Assembly (NCBI GenBank): GCA_964036045.1 | Contig: OZ038379.1 | Coordinates: 16,492,001 to 16,556,000 of the forward strand | Direction of reading: 5' to 3' | DNA: 64,000 nucleotides | DNA from: Eutreptiella sp. 'Long Island Sound 2002' | Lineage: Eukaryota; Protista; Euglenida | Shown: positions 62,091 through 64,000 of the stretch, one piece after another | Layout: every line of letters starts with the position of its first letter | How positions within the stretch are numbered: position 1 is the stretch's first letter | The notes under the pieces: model-generated | The model's database searches: none | What the model was told of the DNA's origin: nothing | What the model saw: only the letters and a program-made list of their open reading frames with translations | Position numbers and translations under genes: made by a program

Positions 62091-63519
62091 TGTTATCGTA
62101 ATAGTCCGGAGCCATGGGACATCATCGGATAGAATGATAGACCACATTACACCAACAGCTTGGAATTGCGCAAGATAGAACACAATTAGAGGAGTACATA
62201 ACCACTACCATGACAACTCACATGTGGATCGTTCTTTGAATTCCACTCGGTTTGGGGAGCCTAAAATGCTAGGCGTTGTGTGTGTCACTTTTGCTACTCC
62301 CCGCTATAACACCCCTCGAGAGCAAGGTTGTGAAGCCCATGCCATTTCTCCCACTTCAGGAAAAGCGAGAGACTGGGACTCCTTTCGTTGTTTCAATTCC
62401 AACCTGGATTTCCAAAGTATGCTTTTGACGGTGTCTTGTTGTTGCCTTCAAGGTGGCTAACTTTGTGCGGCACTAGAGATCCCGAAAGTGCGACACACTC
62501 TCAGCACGTTGTGGTTGGGGAGTCCAACTCACTTGTGGTTGTCTCAAGTTGTTCCTCCACATATGCAAATGCAAGCAGGACATCATGATAGCCTGACCAA
62601 TTGAGCAATGGCAACAACATGGCATCCAATTGCTGCTCTCTCCCTCTGTATCTACGGACTCCCCGAAAGAGGAGCCACTGCATTTTTTTGACATGAAACA
62701 CCGTGTGGGGAAAGTGCAAACACCAGTGGCATTGCCTAACATCACATCACATTACAAAGAGGACAGGGACATATTTAATGGTGAGTGTCTGCCAACCCCG
62801 CAAGCGGAAGCAGGTGCGCTCGCAGGCAACCTGTTACTTGCCCACCTGCCACGCCCGCCCCTGCAATGGAGCGTGGCAGGCGGTTGCCCAGACGCGGGGG
62901 TGCAAGAAAGACAGCAACGACCATGCGTTCCATGACAATGAGCTCAGGGGCACCGAGGACACTAACTGTATTGGGGCAACTTAGGAAGGCAAGAAACTCA
63001 CGTGGAGTCCAATGTGGTCGGTATGCATTGTACACCTTAAGAACATCCATTTGTACCCGCGCCACAGTCCAAATAGCAAAGGGTGTTTGGCCATATCCTT
63101 CCGAGTTTTTATATGATGTAGACCTGCAACATACATTGTTTTCATACTCCTCCCATAAATATCCACATGTGAAAGTATTGGCAATCTCGCGCGAGACGTC
63201 TTACATGCGTGGGTGTGCCAGTACAACTCATTAATGGCTCTTTTCCATGACCTCAGAAGGCCATCATGTGAGGACACATTGTCCCCAGTGATATCAAAGG
63301 TATGCCATGGGGCCATGAAGACACCGTACCTCCGGATGTCAAGGGGTGCATGCACATGCTCAAACTGCAAATTAGATTGTAACAACGTCAGGACGTTGTT
63401 TCTAACCTGCCTGGCTGGCTGGCTGGCTGGCATGGTTAGGGTTAGGGTCACCGAGCTGGTGGAACCAGTCTTGGTTTTATAACCCTTTTTAGGGTCTAGG
63501 GTGGACCTACCAGGTTTAG

Positions 63520-64000
63520 CAGCAGCAACAAGCAGCAAGCAGCACGCGCGAAATGGGGAAAAATCAGACATCCGTCGTGGTGCTTCACATTCGGCTGAAA
63601 TTTTGGTGGATGATACCTATGGGTGTGAGGGACAACCACACAAAGTTTGAGCCAGAAACTCAACGGTGGCGGCCGGGAATGGGTGTCGCAAGTGGCGGAC
63701 CTCAGTTTCAAAAACTGCAATTTAGGGCCAAAAACAGCCATTTTTGGGCCAAAAGAGCCCTAGAACCCATTCAAAACGGCCAAGGAAAGGGAAAGGGTGG
63801 CTTGACTTTCTTGTGTCAACGAGCCATTTGCGGCCCTCTGACTCCACCATATGTCCCGGAAACGGCCCAAAAAGGCCCCCACAAGCCCCAAATTTTGTGC
63901 AGATTGGCTGGCGACAGCCACAAACCAAGAATAGGCCATATCTTTGGCTACATGGCTCAAAACGCGATTCCGACGGCACCTAATCCACCCGCAACCCCCC
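63520..64000. mobile_element. Probable dispersed repeat or DNA-element fragment, running off the window end
   Basis: The reverse complement of 63641-63670 matches 23522-23551 at 25/30 nt. Both regions lie near agcaacaagc/gcttgttgc simple repeats. Confidence 0.3.

Overview
Repeat-dominated eukaryotic DNA with very low coding density and many poly-C/poly-G runs. A protist, possibly euglenid/euglenozoan, origin is my inference only. Layout: (1) 1-2532, a 48-bp satellite with a GGGTTAGGG telomere-like core and a 1248-bp higher-order duplication. (2) 2.5-7.8 kb, unique sequence with unassignable decayed ORF fragments. (3) 7831-18982, an 11-kb modular satellite of about 80 units: a conserved ~51-bp core plus several variant tails, including about 20 long chimeric units. 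One long unit carries a tRNA-derived SINE with a 16-bp TSD. (4) 20528-41160, exactly four near-identical tandem copies of a 5157/5158-bp segment, each with one intact intronless gene for a ~366-aa uncharacterised HAD-like protein. (5) 41-64 kb, a field of relics: a poly(A) retroposon family with TSDs, a decayed tyrosine recombinase, a farnesoic-acid O-methyltransferase-domain exon, an inverted 10-bp-repeat structure, degenerate repeats, a 45-bp minisatellite with a templated duplication, and pseudogene fragments. Most ORFs in the supplied track are artefacts of repeats or antisense shadows. No CRISPR array, rRNA or intact tRNA was found. All family assignments come from motif recognition by eye, with no database search.
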